Shown here one piece after another: positions 16,364 through 23,700 of a stretch of DNA of 32,000 nucleotides. Below the pieces are notes generated by a model. The model had not been told where the DNA came from and searched no databases. It saw only the letters and a list, made by a program, of their open reading frames with translations. The first letter of the stretch is position 1, and the number at the start of each line of letters is the position of its first letter. The position numbers and the translations under genes were made by a program. Origin of the DNA: Ignicoccus hospitalis KIN4/I (GTDB taxonomy: Archaea; Thermoproteota; Thermoprotei_A; Sulfolobales; Ignicoccaceae); NCBI RefSeq assembly GCF_000017945.1, contig NC_009776.1, positions 840,001 through 872,000 of the forward strand. Direction: 5' to 3'.

Positions 16364-17716
16364 TTGGTAGAGATCAGGGAAGTGAAGGAGCTGCCGAAGC
16401 GCGAGGAAGTTAGGGTGGGATTCCACACCCACATAAAGGGCCTCGGACTCGACGAAAAAGGGAAGGCCAAGAAGGTGGCCGACGGCCTCGTAGGCCAAGA
16501 GGAGGCCAGGGAGGCCCTCGGAGTGGTCGCACAGATGGTAAAAGAGGGTAAGATGGCGGGCAAGGGAGTATTAATAGTTGGCCCTCCGGGGACGGGCAAG
16601 ACTGCGCTCGCGGTCGGCCTGGCCAAGGAGTTGGGCGAAGACACTCCCTTCGTAGCTATGGGCGGTTCCGAAATAATGGGGAGCCAGAGGAAGGGAGAAC
16701 TGCTCATGCAAGCGATGAGGAGGTCTATAGGCGTCAGGGTAAAGGAGAAGAGGACCGTTTACGAGGGCGTAGTAAGGGACATAAAGTACCGCGTCAGCCG
16801 CCACCCCTTCAACCCCTACATCAAGGTGCCTAGAGAAGCAGTAATCACGCTCGAGACCACCGACGACAGGGTAACCCTAACCGTCGACGAGGACATAGCC
16901 GTCCAGTTGAGGCAACTCGGAGTGCGGAAGGGCGACATAATAGCCATAGACGCGGAGACCGGTAGGGTCTACAAGCTCGGCAGGGCGAGGGAGGAGAGCG
17001 ACGTCGGCGGCATAAAGCTCGTCAGGGAAGTGAAGGTGCCGGAGGGACCGGTCAAAAAGGAGAAGGAAATAGTGTATACTCTCACCTTACACGACTTGGA
17101 CACCTACTTCGCCGCCCAGCAAGCGCCGATCAGCTTGTTGGCGGGCCTGGGCCCGGAGAGCGTCACGGACGAGGTGAGGAAACAAGTCGACAAGATGGTC
17201 TCGGAGTGGGTGAAGCAAGGGAGGGCGGAGCTCGTTCCGGGCGTCTTGTTCATAGACGACGCTCACTTGCTTGACCTAGAGACCTTCAGCTTCTTGTCAA
17301 GGGCTATGGAAAAGGAACTCGCGCCGATAATCGTTCTAGCCACCAACAGAGGGAAGGCGAAGATAAGGGGCACGGACGAGGAAGCTCCCCACGGCATACC
17401 CCTCGACATGCTGGACAGGTTACTAATAATTAGGACTAGACCGTACACCAGGTCTGAGATTGAAGAGATATTGAAGATCAGGGCAGAAGAGGAAGGGGTC
17501 AAGCTTTCCAAAGAGGCTCTAGAGAAGCTTGCCGAAATGGGCGAGGCGAGGAGCTTGCGCTATGCGATAAACTTGTTGCAGCCAGCTTACACCATAGCTA
17601 AGATGAACGGAAGGGACGTGGTGGCGCCGGAGGACGTCGAGGAGGCCACGCGGAAGTTCGTCGACGTCAGAGAGAGCGTTAAGTACGTGGAGCAGTTCAA
17701 GGATAAGTTCCTCTAG
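16364..17716 (+). CDS. TIP49 / RuvB-like (Pontin/Reptin-type) AAA+ ATPase
   Basis: HTHIKGLGLDEKGKAKKVADGLVGQEEAREALGVVAQMVKEGKMAGKGVLIVGPPGTGKTALAVGLAKELG..PF..GSE is nearly collinear with eukaryotic RUVBL1/2. A domain II (OB) insertion is present (..VTLTVDEDIAVQL..GDIIAIDAETGRVYKLGR..). The track ORF start at 15929 overlaps the MMPL gene, so I use the TTG at 16364 (MVEIREVKELP..). Confidence 0.9.
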   Translation: MVEIREVKELPKREEVRVGFHTHIKGLGLDEKGKAKKVADGLVGQEEAREALGVVAQMVKEGKMAGKGVLIVGPPGTGKTALAVGLAKELGEDTPFVAMGGSEIMGSQRKGELLMQAMRRSIGVRVKEKRTVYEGVVRDIKYRVSRHPFNPYIKVPREAVITLETTDDRVTLTVDEDIAVQLRQLGVRKGDIIAIDAETGRVYKLGRAREESDVGGIKLVREVKVPEGPVKKEKEIVYTLTLHDLDTYFAAQQAPISLLAGLGPESVTDEVRKQVDKMVSEWVKQGRAELVPGVLFIDDAHLLDLETFSFLSRAMEKELAPIIVLATNRGKAKIRGTDEEAPHGIPLDMLDRLLIIRTRPYTRSEIEEILKIRAEEEGVKLSKEALEKLAEMGEARSLRYAINLLQPAYTIAKMNGRDVVAPEDVEEATRKFVDVRESVKYVEQFKDKFL

Positions 17717-17738
17717 CACGGTTTTACCCTCCAAACCC

Positions 17739-17748
17739 TTCAAATATC
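17739..17748 (+). promoter_or_regulatory. TATA-like element (TTCAAATATC) for the uL3-uL4-uL23 operon
   Basis: About 30-38 nt upstream of the ATG at 17777. Confidence 0.45.
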
Positions 17749-17776
17749 CCCTCTCCTACGCGCCCCGGGGGCGCTC

Positions 17777-18853
17777 ATGGGAGCACGAAAGAAGGAAGCG
17801 CCGCGTAGAGGCTCTGCGGGGCTACGGCCTAGGAAGAGGGCAGCGAGCATAGTCCCAAGGGTGAGGAGCTGGCCCTCCATAGACGAGGTCAAGCCCCTAG
17901 CGTTCCTAGGTTACAAGGTCGGCATGACCCACGTCATCATGATAGACGACAGGGAGCACGTGGACACCGCGGGTCAAGAGATCTTCGTACCCGTGACCGT
18001 AATAGAAACCCCGCCCATGGTGGTTCTGGGCGCGAGGGTTTACGGTTACGACCCTAACAGAGGTAGGTACGCGCTCACGGAAGTTTGGAGGAACCCCAGC
18101 GACACCATAAAGGAGAAGCTGGGCGAGGAGGTCTTGAGGAAATACTTGTTGGGCATGAGCAAGCGCTTGCCGCACATGGTAGAAGAGCTGGGCCCGGGCA
18201 AGGGCTTCGAGTTCAAGGTTCCCGAAAAGGAACTCGACGTGGACCCCGAGAAGGTGGTAGGAGTAGGGCTTATCATGAGCAGCATACCCTTCCTCGCCGG
18301 AGGGGTGAGCAAGAAGGCTCCAGACATACTCGAGGTGAAGGTAGGGGGCTCGCCCGTTGAAGCCTTGGAGTACGCCAAGGGCAAGTTGGGCCAGCTAGTG
18401 GACGTGGAGGAAGTCATAGAAGCTGGAAAGTTCGTAGACGTGATAGGAGTCACCAAGGGTAAGGGCTTCCAAGGCGTCATAAAGAGGTTCGGCGTCAAGG
18501 AGCTCCCCAAGTGGCACAAGCACCGCAAGGGCTCTAGGAGGGTTGGCGCGAGGAGCTGGGGCAAGGGCACGTCCAGCTACGTGCCCCAGCCCGGCCAGAT
18601 GGGCTACCACAGGAGGACCGACTACAACAAGAGGGTTCTGATGATAAGTGACGACCCCAGCAAGATAAACGTGGAAGGCGGTTGGCTCCACTACGGCTTG
18701 GTTAAGAGCAAGTACGTGGTGCTGAAGGGAAGCGTCTTCGGCCCTCCCAAGAGGCCTATAATAATGCGCCTCCCGGTCAGGCCCCCGGCTTGGGTACCTC
18801 CCGGACCCCCCAAGATCACTTACATCAGCTTAAGCTCCAAGCAAGGTAACTAA
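17777..18853 (+). CDS. rpl3: 50S ribosomal protein uL3
   Basis: PRRGSAGLRPRKRA..LGYKVGMTHV..VPVTVIETPPM..GVTKGKGFQGVIKRFGV..GQMGYHRRT are canonical archaeal L3 motifs. Confidence 0.96.
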   Translation: MGARKKEAPRRGSAGLRPRKRAASIVPRVRSWPSIDEVKPLAFLGYKVGMTHVIMIDDREHVDTAGQEIFVPVTVIETPPMVVLGARVYGYDPNRGRYALTEVWRNPSDTIKEKLGEEVLRKYLLGMSKRLPHMVEELGPGKGFEFKVPEKELDVDPEKVVGVGLIMSSIPFLAGGVSKKAPDILEVKVGGSPVEALEYAKGKLGQLVDVEEVIEAGKFVDVIGVTKGKGFQGVIKRFGVKELPKWHKHRKGSRRVGARSWGKGTSSYVPQPGQMGYHRRTDYNKRVLMISDDPSKINVEGGWLHYGLVKSKYVVLKGSVFGPPKRPIIMRLPVRPPAWVPPGPPKITYISLSSKQGN

Positions 18854-18867
18854 AGGGGTGGTTGGTG

Positions 18868-19683
18868 ATGTACTCCAGCTTGTGGCTCCACGCCAGGGTG
18901 TTCGGGTATAACGACTTGAAGAGGCACGTGTGGGACTTGAACGGCAACCCGGTTGAGGAAATAGAGCTCCCGCCGGTCTTCTCCCTGCCAGTCAGGAAGG
19001 ACCTAATAAGGAGGGCCTTCCTAAGTGCCTTCACCGCGAGGCTCCAGCCGAAGGGGAGGGACCCCATGGCGGGCAAGCGCACCACCGCCGAGAGCTTGGG
19101 GCCCGGACACGGCCTCGCGAGGGTGCCGAGGATTAAGGGCACCAGCAGGGCGGCGTTCGTTAACTCCGCGCGTGGCGGACACTTGGCCTTCCCGCCTAGG
19201 CCCGACAAGAAGCTTCACGAGGAGATAAACAAGAAGGAGAGGTTGATCGCGATAGCGAGCGCCCTCGCGGCGACCTCGAGGAGGGAGCTAGTGGAGGCCA
19301 GGGGACACGCGATAAGCTCCGTTAAAGAAGTTCCACTAATAGTAGTGGACGACATCGAAAACATAGAGAAGGCGAAGGACTTGAGGGAGGCATTCGTCAA
19401 GTTGGGCGTCATAGACGACGTTGAGAGAGCCTCTGAATGGAGGCAGAGGAGCACCAAGGGGAAGATGAGGGGGAGGAGGTACAAGAAGAGGGTGGGCCCC
19501 TTGATAATAGTGAGCACGGAAGAGGCGCCGGTTAGGAGGGCTGCGAGCGCCTTCCCGGGAACTGACGTGGTCGCCGTGAACTTGTTGAGCGTAAAGCACC
19601 TAGCGCCCGGAGGGGTCCCGGGTAGGTTAACAATCATAAGCAAAAAGGCCCTCGAGGAGATAGGCAAGAGGTTGACACTATGA
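18868..19683 (+). CDS. rpl4: 50S ribosomal protein uL4
   Basis: [57 protein letters not shown] is L4/L1e-family sequence. TTG 18862, GTG 18865 and ATG 18868 are all in frame behind an AGGGGTG SD, so the start is +/- 6 nt. Confidence 0.9.
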   Translation: MYSSLWLHARVFGYNDLKRHVWDLNGNPVEEIELPPVFSLPVRKDLIRRAFLSAFTARLQPKGRDPMAGKRTTAESLGPGHGLARVPRIKGTSRAAFVNSARGGHLAFPPRPDKKLHEEINKKERLIAIASALAATSRRELVEARGHAISSVKEVPLIVVDDIENIEKAKDLREAFVKLGVIDDVERASEWRQRSTKGKMRGRRYKKRVGPLIIVSTEEAPVRRAASAFPGTDVVAVNLLSVKHLAPGGVPGRLTIISKKALEEIGKRLTL

Positions 19684-19943
19684 GGGCTCCGGAGGACATC
19701 ATAATAAGGCCGCTCCACACGGAAAAGGCGCTAATGTTGATGGAAAAGTACAACACTTTGACGTTCATAGTAAGGAGGGACGCGACCAAGCCAGAGATAA
19801 AGTATGCAGTCGAGAAGTTGTACAACGTTAAGGTAGAGAAGGTCAACACGTTGATAACGCCCAAGAATGAGAAGAAGGCGTACGTGAAGCTTAGCCCGGA
19901 GTACAAGGCCACTGACATAGCGTCCAGGATAGGCCTCATATAA
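19680..19943 (+). CDS. rpl23: 50S ribosomal protein uL23
   Basis: [54 protein letters not shown] is typical L23. The start overlaps the uL4 stop (ATGA). Confidence 0.95.
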   Translation: MRAPEDIIIRPLHTEKALMLMEKYNTLTFIVRRDATKPEIKYAVEKLYNVKVEKVNTLITPKNEKKAYVKLSPEYKATDIASRIGLI

Positions 19944-19952
19944 GGTGGTTTT

Positions 19953-20180
19953 ATGAAACGCGAGGCCGTAGCGCTCGCCTTTCTTGGAGCCATCTTACTC
20001 GTAGTCTCCTTCCTCCCAGACCCCTTCTTCCTGACCCTCTTGAGGGCCCTAGTGATGATGTTAGGTGCCTATTCTCTTTATATAGCTAAGAAAGTTTGGG
20101 AGTTGGAAAAGGGGTTTAATGAAGCAGTTAGGGTGGGAGAAAAGATAAAGAAGAAGTTGGACGAGCTACAGGTATCCTAA
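19953..20180 (+). CDS. Hypothetical small membrane protein (75 aa, two TM helices plus a basic amphipathic tail)
   Basis: ATG lies 9 nt after the uL23 stop, behind an AAGGTGG SD. Hydrophobic segments are VALAFLGAILLVVSFL and LLRALVMMLGAYSLYI. No family recognised. Confidence 0.4.
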   Translation: MKREAVALAFLGAILLVVSFLPDPFFLTLLRALVMMLGAYSLYIAKKVWELEKGFNEAVRVGEKIKKKLDELQVS

Positions 20181-20366
20181 GCTCCTCAGCCTCTCCACGA
20201 CCTCGCGCACGTCCTCCTCCTTAATTTCCACCGCGCTGGTGGCTTCTTCGACTAGGAATTTCACGAACTCCTTAACGTCCTTAAAGCCCGCCTCCTCAGC
20301 CGCTTTGACTAGCCTGGCGAGCTCCTCTTCGTTGAGTTCCACGCAGACCTTCCCCACACCTCTCAC
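20166..20366 (-). CDS. Small ribbon-helix-helix-like protein (66 aa), paralog of 23424..23636, C-terminal ERLRSLGYL tail
   Basis: KVCVELNEEELARLVKAAEEAGFKDVKEFVKFLVEEA fits a beta-strand/helix/helix (RHH, CopG/Arc-like) pattern. The GTG start overlaps the cysC stop (GTGA). Confidence 0.6.
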   Translation of the reverse strand: MRGVGKVCVELNEEELARLVKAAEEAGFKDVKEFVKFLVEEATSAVEIKEEDVREVVERLRSLGYL

Positions 20367-20902
20367 CCGAGCTTCTCCAATACGAAGTTCAATAACTTCT
20401 TTTCGCTCTCCTCCACGTCTTCCTTCTCAGTGTCCAAAACTAGGTCCGGGCTCTCCGGGGGCTCGTAGGGGTCGCTCACTCCAGTAAAGTTCTTTATTTC
20501 ACCCTTTAGCGCCTTCTTGTACAACCCCTTCGGGTCCCTCCTAATGCACTCTTCCAACGAGGCCTTTACGTAGATCTCGTAGAAGGGGACCTCCTCGCTG
20601 ACTATCCTCTTAACCTCCTCCCTCACGTCTCTATAAGGCGAAACGAAGGAACAGAAAACCACGACGCCGTTCCTCGCGAGCAGCCGGGCTATCCAAGCTA
20701 CCCTCTTCAAATGGAGGGCCCTCTCCTCCTTCGTGAAGCCTGCGTCGGGGTTGATGGTCTTGCGGACCCAGTCGCCGTCCAGGACCTCGACCCTGTAACC
20801 CATTTCGGACAGTTTCTTCGCTACCCTCTTGGCCAAGGTAGTCTTCCCGCTGCCCGGGAGTCCCGTTAACCAGAACACCGAGCCCTTATCGAGACACTTC
20901 AT
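20363..20902 (-). CDS. cysC: Adenylylsulfate (APS) kinase
   Basis: GSVFWLTGLPGSGKTTLA..LDGDWVR..GFTKEER..HLKRVAWIARLLARNGVVVFCSFVSPY..EIYVKASLEECIRRDPKGLYKKA are canonical CysC motifs. Confidence 0.92.
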   Translation of the reverse strand: MKCLDKGSVFWLTGLPGSGKTTLAKRVAKKLSEMGYRVEVLDGDWVRKTINPDAGFTKEERALHLKRVAWIARLLARNGVVVFCSFVSPYRDVREEVKRIVSEEVPFYEIYVKASLEECIRRDPKGLYKKALKGEIKNFTGVSDPYEPPESPDLVLDTEKEDVEESEKKLLNFVLEKLG

Positions 20903-22223
20903 CGAGTAGTTCCCTCAGCAGCCCGTAGACCTCGTGAGCTTGAATAACGCCCCTCTCCCCGGAATACCTACCTTCGGGGTCGTAGATCGCCGTAATGCCG
21001 TACCAGTCGTGAACCGCGTCGTCCGCGCCTCTGTCATCCTTGTCCATGTAGAGCTCCCCCCAGCCCACCGTACCTATGGGCTTCCAGTCGAGGTCTGCGA
21101 AGAATGCCATCAAGTCCGGAGCGTCCCCCCTAACCTCCGGGTATATCTCTGAGGGCTCGTAAACCTCGTTCTTCCAAGGCTCCCCTCGGGGCCCGGCGAC
21201 GCGGGAGAGCTTCTCCTTCAGCTCCCTCACGACGTCCTCGTACTCGCTCTGGTCCACCACCCCGTACTTCTCCCTCCCCTTCAAGTTGACGAACACCCTA
21301 GAGTAGTAGCCTCCCCAAGCCCAAGCGAGCGTCTTGCCCCAGTCCACCAACTCCTCGCTGAGTTGCTCGCCCCTCTTGGGTTCTCTCTTGAACTTCAAGA
21401 AGCCCTCCCTTTCCAGCCACTCATTAATCACAAAGGTACCTTTCATAGGCTTTATGCCGTGGTCGCTCAGAAAGACTATCACTGCGTCCTTGAGCGACCC
21501 CTCCAACATCCTCGCGGCCCACTCGTCCACCCGCCGGTAGACCTCCGGTATCACGTTCAGCTCTTCGTTTTCCTCGTACTTCGGGTGGGACTTCTCGAAG
21601 TACCGCAAGAAGGCGTGGTGGGCCCTGTCTATGCCTATTTCAACGTATATGAAGAAGTCCCACTTTTTCTTAGTAACGATATACTCTACTACCTTTAGGT
21701 GGCTGTCTAACATCTTTAACAAATCTTTCTTAACCGCCTCCTTATCGAAGCTGTTGTACTTTATGTCGAAGAGCGGCTTGCCGACCCGCCTTTCCAGCTC
21801 GAGCCTCAGAGAAGGCGGGTAGGCCCAGTTCTCAGCTTGCGAAGGGGTGGTGAAGTCGGTCACCACGTAGCCGTATATCGGCTTAGGCGGGTAAGTAGGG
21901 GGGACCCCGAAGAGGGCGCTCCTAAGCCCCTTTTCGGCGGCGTAGTCCCAAACGGTCTTAGCCTTGAAGTATCTTGAATTAACTATATAGTAGTCGAACG
22001 ACCCGGGCTTGCGGTGCCGAAAGCCGTAAACCCCTAACTCTCCCGGAGTCTTCCCCGTGAACATGACCATCCAAGCGGGAACTGTTATCGGGGGGTAGCA
22101 GCTCCTCATGTGCCACTTGGCAGATTCCTTTATGTAGGAGTGCAAGTTGGGGAAGAACTTATTCCCCATTTCGTAGAAATACCTCGGAGGCATCGAGTCC
22201 AAGCCCAGTACGAAGACCTTCAT
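20886..22223 (-). CDS. Cytoplasmic alkaline-phosphatase-superfamily enzyme, NPP (type I phosphodiesterase/nucleotide pyrophosphatase)-like
   Basis: VLGLDSMPP (metal-ligand Asp), CYPPITVPAWMVMFTGKTPGELGVYGF (NPP-type Thr nucleophile motif yP..T.P....l.TG..P..HG), DRAHHAF and VFLSDHGIKP (DHG metal site). No signal peptide or TM helix. Its stop overlaps the cysC start by 17 nt. Confidence 0.78.
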   Translation of the reverse strand: MKVFVLGLDSMPPRYFYEMGNKFFPNLHSYIKESAKWHMRSCYPPITVPAWMVMFTGKTPGELGVYGFRHRKPGSFDYYIVNSRYFKAKTVWDYAAEKGLRSALFGVPPTYPPKPIYGYVVTDFTTPSQAENWAYPPSLRLELERRVGKPLFDIKYNSFDKEAVKKDLLKMLDSHLKVVEYIVTKKKWDFFIYVEIGIDRAHHAFLRYFEKSHPKYEENEELNVIPEVYRRVDEWAARMLEGSLKDAVIVFLSDHGIKPMKGTFVINEWLEREGFLKFKREPKRGEQLSEELVDWGKTLAWAWGGYYSRVFVNLKGREKYGVVDQSEYEDVVRELKEKLSRVAGPRGEPWKNEVYEPSEIYPEVRGDAPDLMAFFADLDWKPIGTVGWGELYMDKDDRGADDAVHDWYGITAIYDPEGRYSGERGVIQAHEVYGLLRELLDEVSR

Positions 22224-22258
22224 CGTTAAGTGCCCTCGGAGCCTGGCGACGGTCGGTT

Positions 22259-23407
22259 TTAATGAACGAATGGGTCCTCGAACGAGAGGACCACCTCCGC
22301 CACCTCGGGCCTCATCATGTACTCCGGAGGCCTCTTCCCCTCCATTATCATCTTCCTGAGCTTCGTCCCGCTAATTCTAATCCTGTACTCCTCCGGGTGT
22401 GGACAAATCTTCTCGTTGACCATACCTCCGCACTTCTTGCAGTAGAACGCCTCCCTGACGAAGAGGGGAGTTATGCCTAAGTCGGGGAAGTTCTTAAATA
22501 TGTCCCAGGCCTCGTAGGGCCCGTAGTAGTTGCCCACTCCGGCGTGGTCCCTGCCCACTATGAAGTGGGTGGCGCCGAAGTTCTTCCTCACTATTGCGTG
22601 GTGCACGGCCTCCCTCGGGCCGGCGTACCTCATCTCCATTCGTAGCACTGAGAACGCAACTGAGTCCTTCGGGTAGTAGTGTTCTATCAAAGCCTCATAC
22701 GCCTTTATTATTACCTCGTCCCTGAAGTCGCCCGGCTTCTTCCAGCCCACCAGCGGGTTCACGAAAAGGCCGTCGGTGAACGTCAACGCGGCCTTCTGGA
22801 CGTACTCGTGGCCCAAGTGGGGGACGTTCCTGGTCTGAAAGGCGGCCACCCTCTTCCAGCCCTTTTGTTCGAACAGAACTCTGGTCTCCTTGGGCCACAA
22901 CCTATATTTCTCGAAGGGCTCAGGTACGTCGCTTATCTGGATCAGGGGGCCCCCGAGCAAGTAGTCCTTCTTATTGAAGACCTTTCTGACCCCCGGGTGG
23001 TTCAAGTCGTCCGTCTTGAACACCTTTAACGTGTGGTAGTTCTTGTCCCAAGGGAAGATTTCCTCTACATAGAGTATGGCTATCGGCTTACCCTTGAAGA
23101 ATATAGCCACTTCGTCACCCTCTCTGACACTTTTCTTGACGTTCTCGTCCACGTCTAGGATTATAGGTATGGTCCAAGGAAGGTCGTTGCTGAGCCTCAT
23201 GAACTCTAACACGCTGAGGTAGTCTTCCCTCACCATGAAGCCTTCCAGGGGCGAGTAGACCCCGTGGGCGACGTTAGCGACGTCCGCGGCCAAGCCTTCA
23301 TCTACTTGTACGTTTACCATTTCCTTCGCTTCTTCAACCAACCTCTCTCGGGTCTTGCCCTTCGCTACCCTCTCCACTAACTTGCCCCCGTGAGGCTTGG
23401 AGACCAA
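22259..23407 (-). CDS. sat: Sulfate adenylyltransferase (ATP sulfurylase)
   Basis: KPHGGKLVERV.., AFQTRNVPHLGHEYV (QTRNPxHxxH motif), HFIVGRDHAGVG and the C-terminal zinc-ribbon-like CKKCGGMVNEKICPH are typical of archaeal and bacterial Sat. Confidence 0.95.
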   Translation of the reverse strand: MVSKPHGGKLVERVAKGKTRERLVEEAKEMVNVQVDEGLAADVANVAHGVYSPLEGFMVREDYLSVLEFMRLSNDLPWTIPIILDVDENVKKSVREGDEVAIFFKGKPIAILYVEEIFPWDKNYHTLKVFKTDDLNHPGVRKVFNKKDYLLGGPLIQISDVPEPFEKYRLWPKETRVLFEQKGWKRVAAFQTRNVPHLGHEYVQKAALTFTDGLFVNPLVGWKKPGDFRDEVIIKAYEALIEHYYPKDSVAFSVLRMEMRYAGPREAVHHAIVRKNFGATHFIVGRDHAGVGNYYGPYEAWDIFKNFPDLGITPLFVREAFYCKKCGGMVNEKICPHPEEYRIRISGTKLRKMIMEGKRPPEYMMRPEVAEVVLSFEDPFVH

Positions 23408-23423
23408 GGTCTCACCACCTCGC

Positions 23424-23636
23424 TCACAAGTAGCCCAAGCTCCTCAGCCTTTCTATGATCTCCTTCCTCTCTTCCTCGCTTATGTTTGCCTCCTCCACCT
23501 CCTCTTCTAACTTGGCCAAGGCCTCCCTTAGGAGGTGGATGAGGAGGGTGTTAGGGTCCTCGAAGCCGGTCTTCGCGGCTAACTCCCTTAGTCTGTTGTA
23601 AAGCGTAACTGGTACTTTCACCTCCTTCCACTCCAC
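23424..23636 (-). CDS. Small ribbon-helix-helix-like protein (about 70 aa), paralog of 20166..20366, C-terminal ERLRSLGYL tail
   Basis: VKVPVTLYNRLRELAAKTGFEDPNTLLIHLLREAL aligns with the 66-aa paralog. The ORF is open up to 23786 (120 aa), but the extra N-terminus would overlap the divergent permease gene. The GTG at 23636 lies 28 nt downstream of a TATA (ATTAAAG) and gives a paralog-sized product. The start is uncertain. Confidence 0.55.
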   Translation of the reverse strand: MEWKEVKVPVTLYNRLRELAAKTGFEDPNTLLIHLLREALAKLEEEVEEANISEEERKEIIERLRSLGYL

Positions 23637-23663
23637 CCGCTTCCCCGCCCCCGATCGAACGCC

Positions 23664-23670
23664 CTTTAAT
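23664..23670. promoter_or_regulatory. Single AT-rich TATA element (CTTTAAT / ATTAAAG) centred between divergent start codons at 23636 (-) and 23701 (+)
   Basis: It is the only AT-rich element in the 64-bp GC-rich spacer. Its edges are 28 nt and 31 nt from the two candidate start codons. Confidence 0.4.
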
Positions 23671-23700
23671 CTGCTGATTTTGAGGCGAGGCCCGAAAGCC

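Noticed and set aside
18046-19993. Antisense ORFs across uL3/uL4/uL23 (18046..18570, 18395..18691, 18825..19208, 19215..19718, 19634..19993)
   Set aside because: They lie opposite highly conserved ribosomal protein frames, with no motifs.
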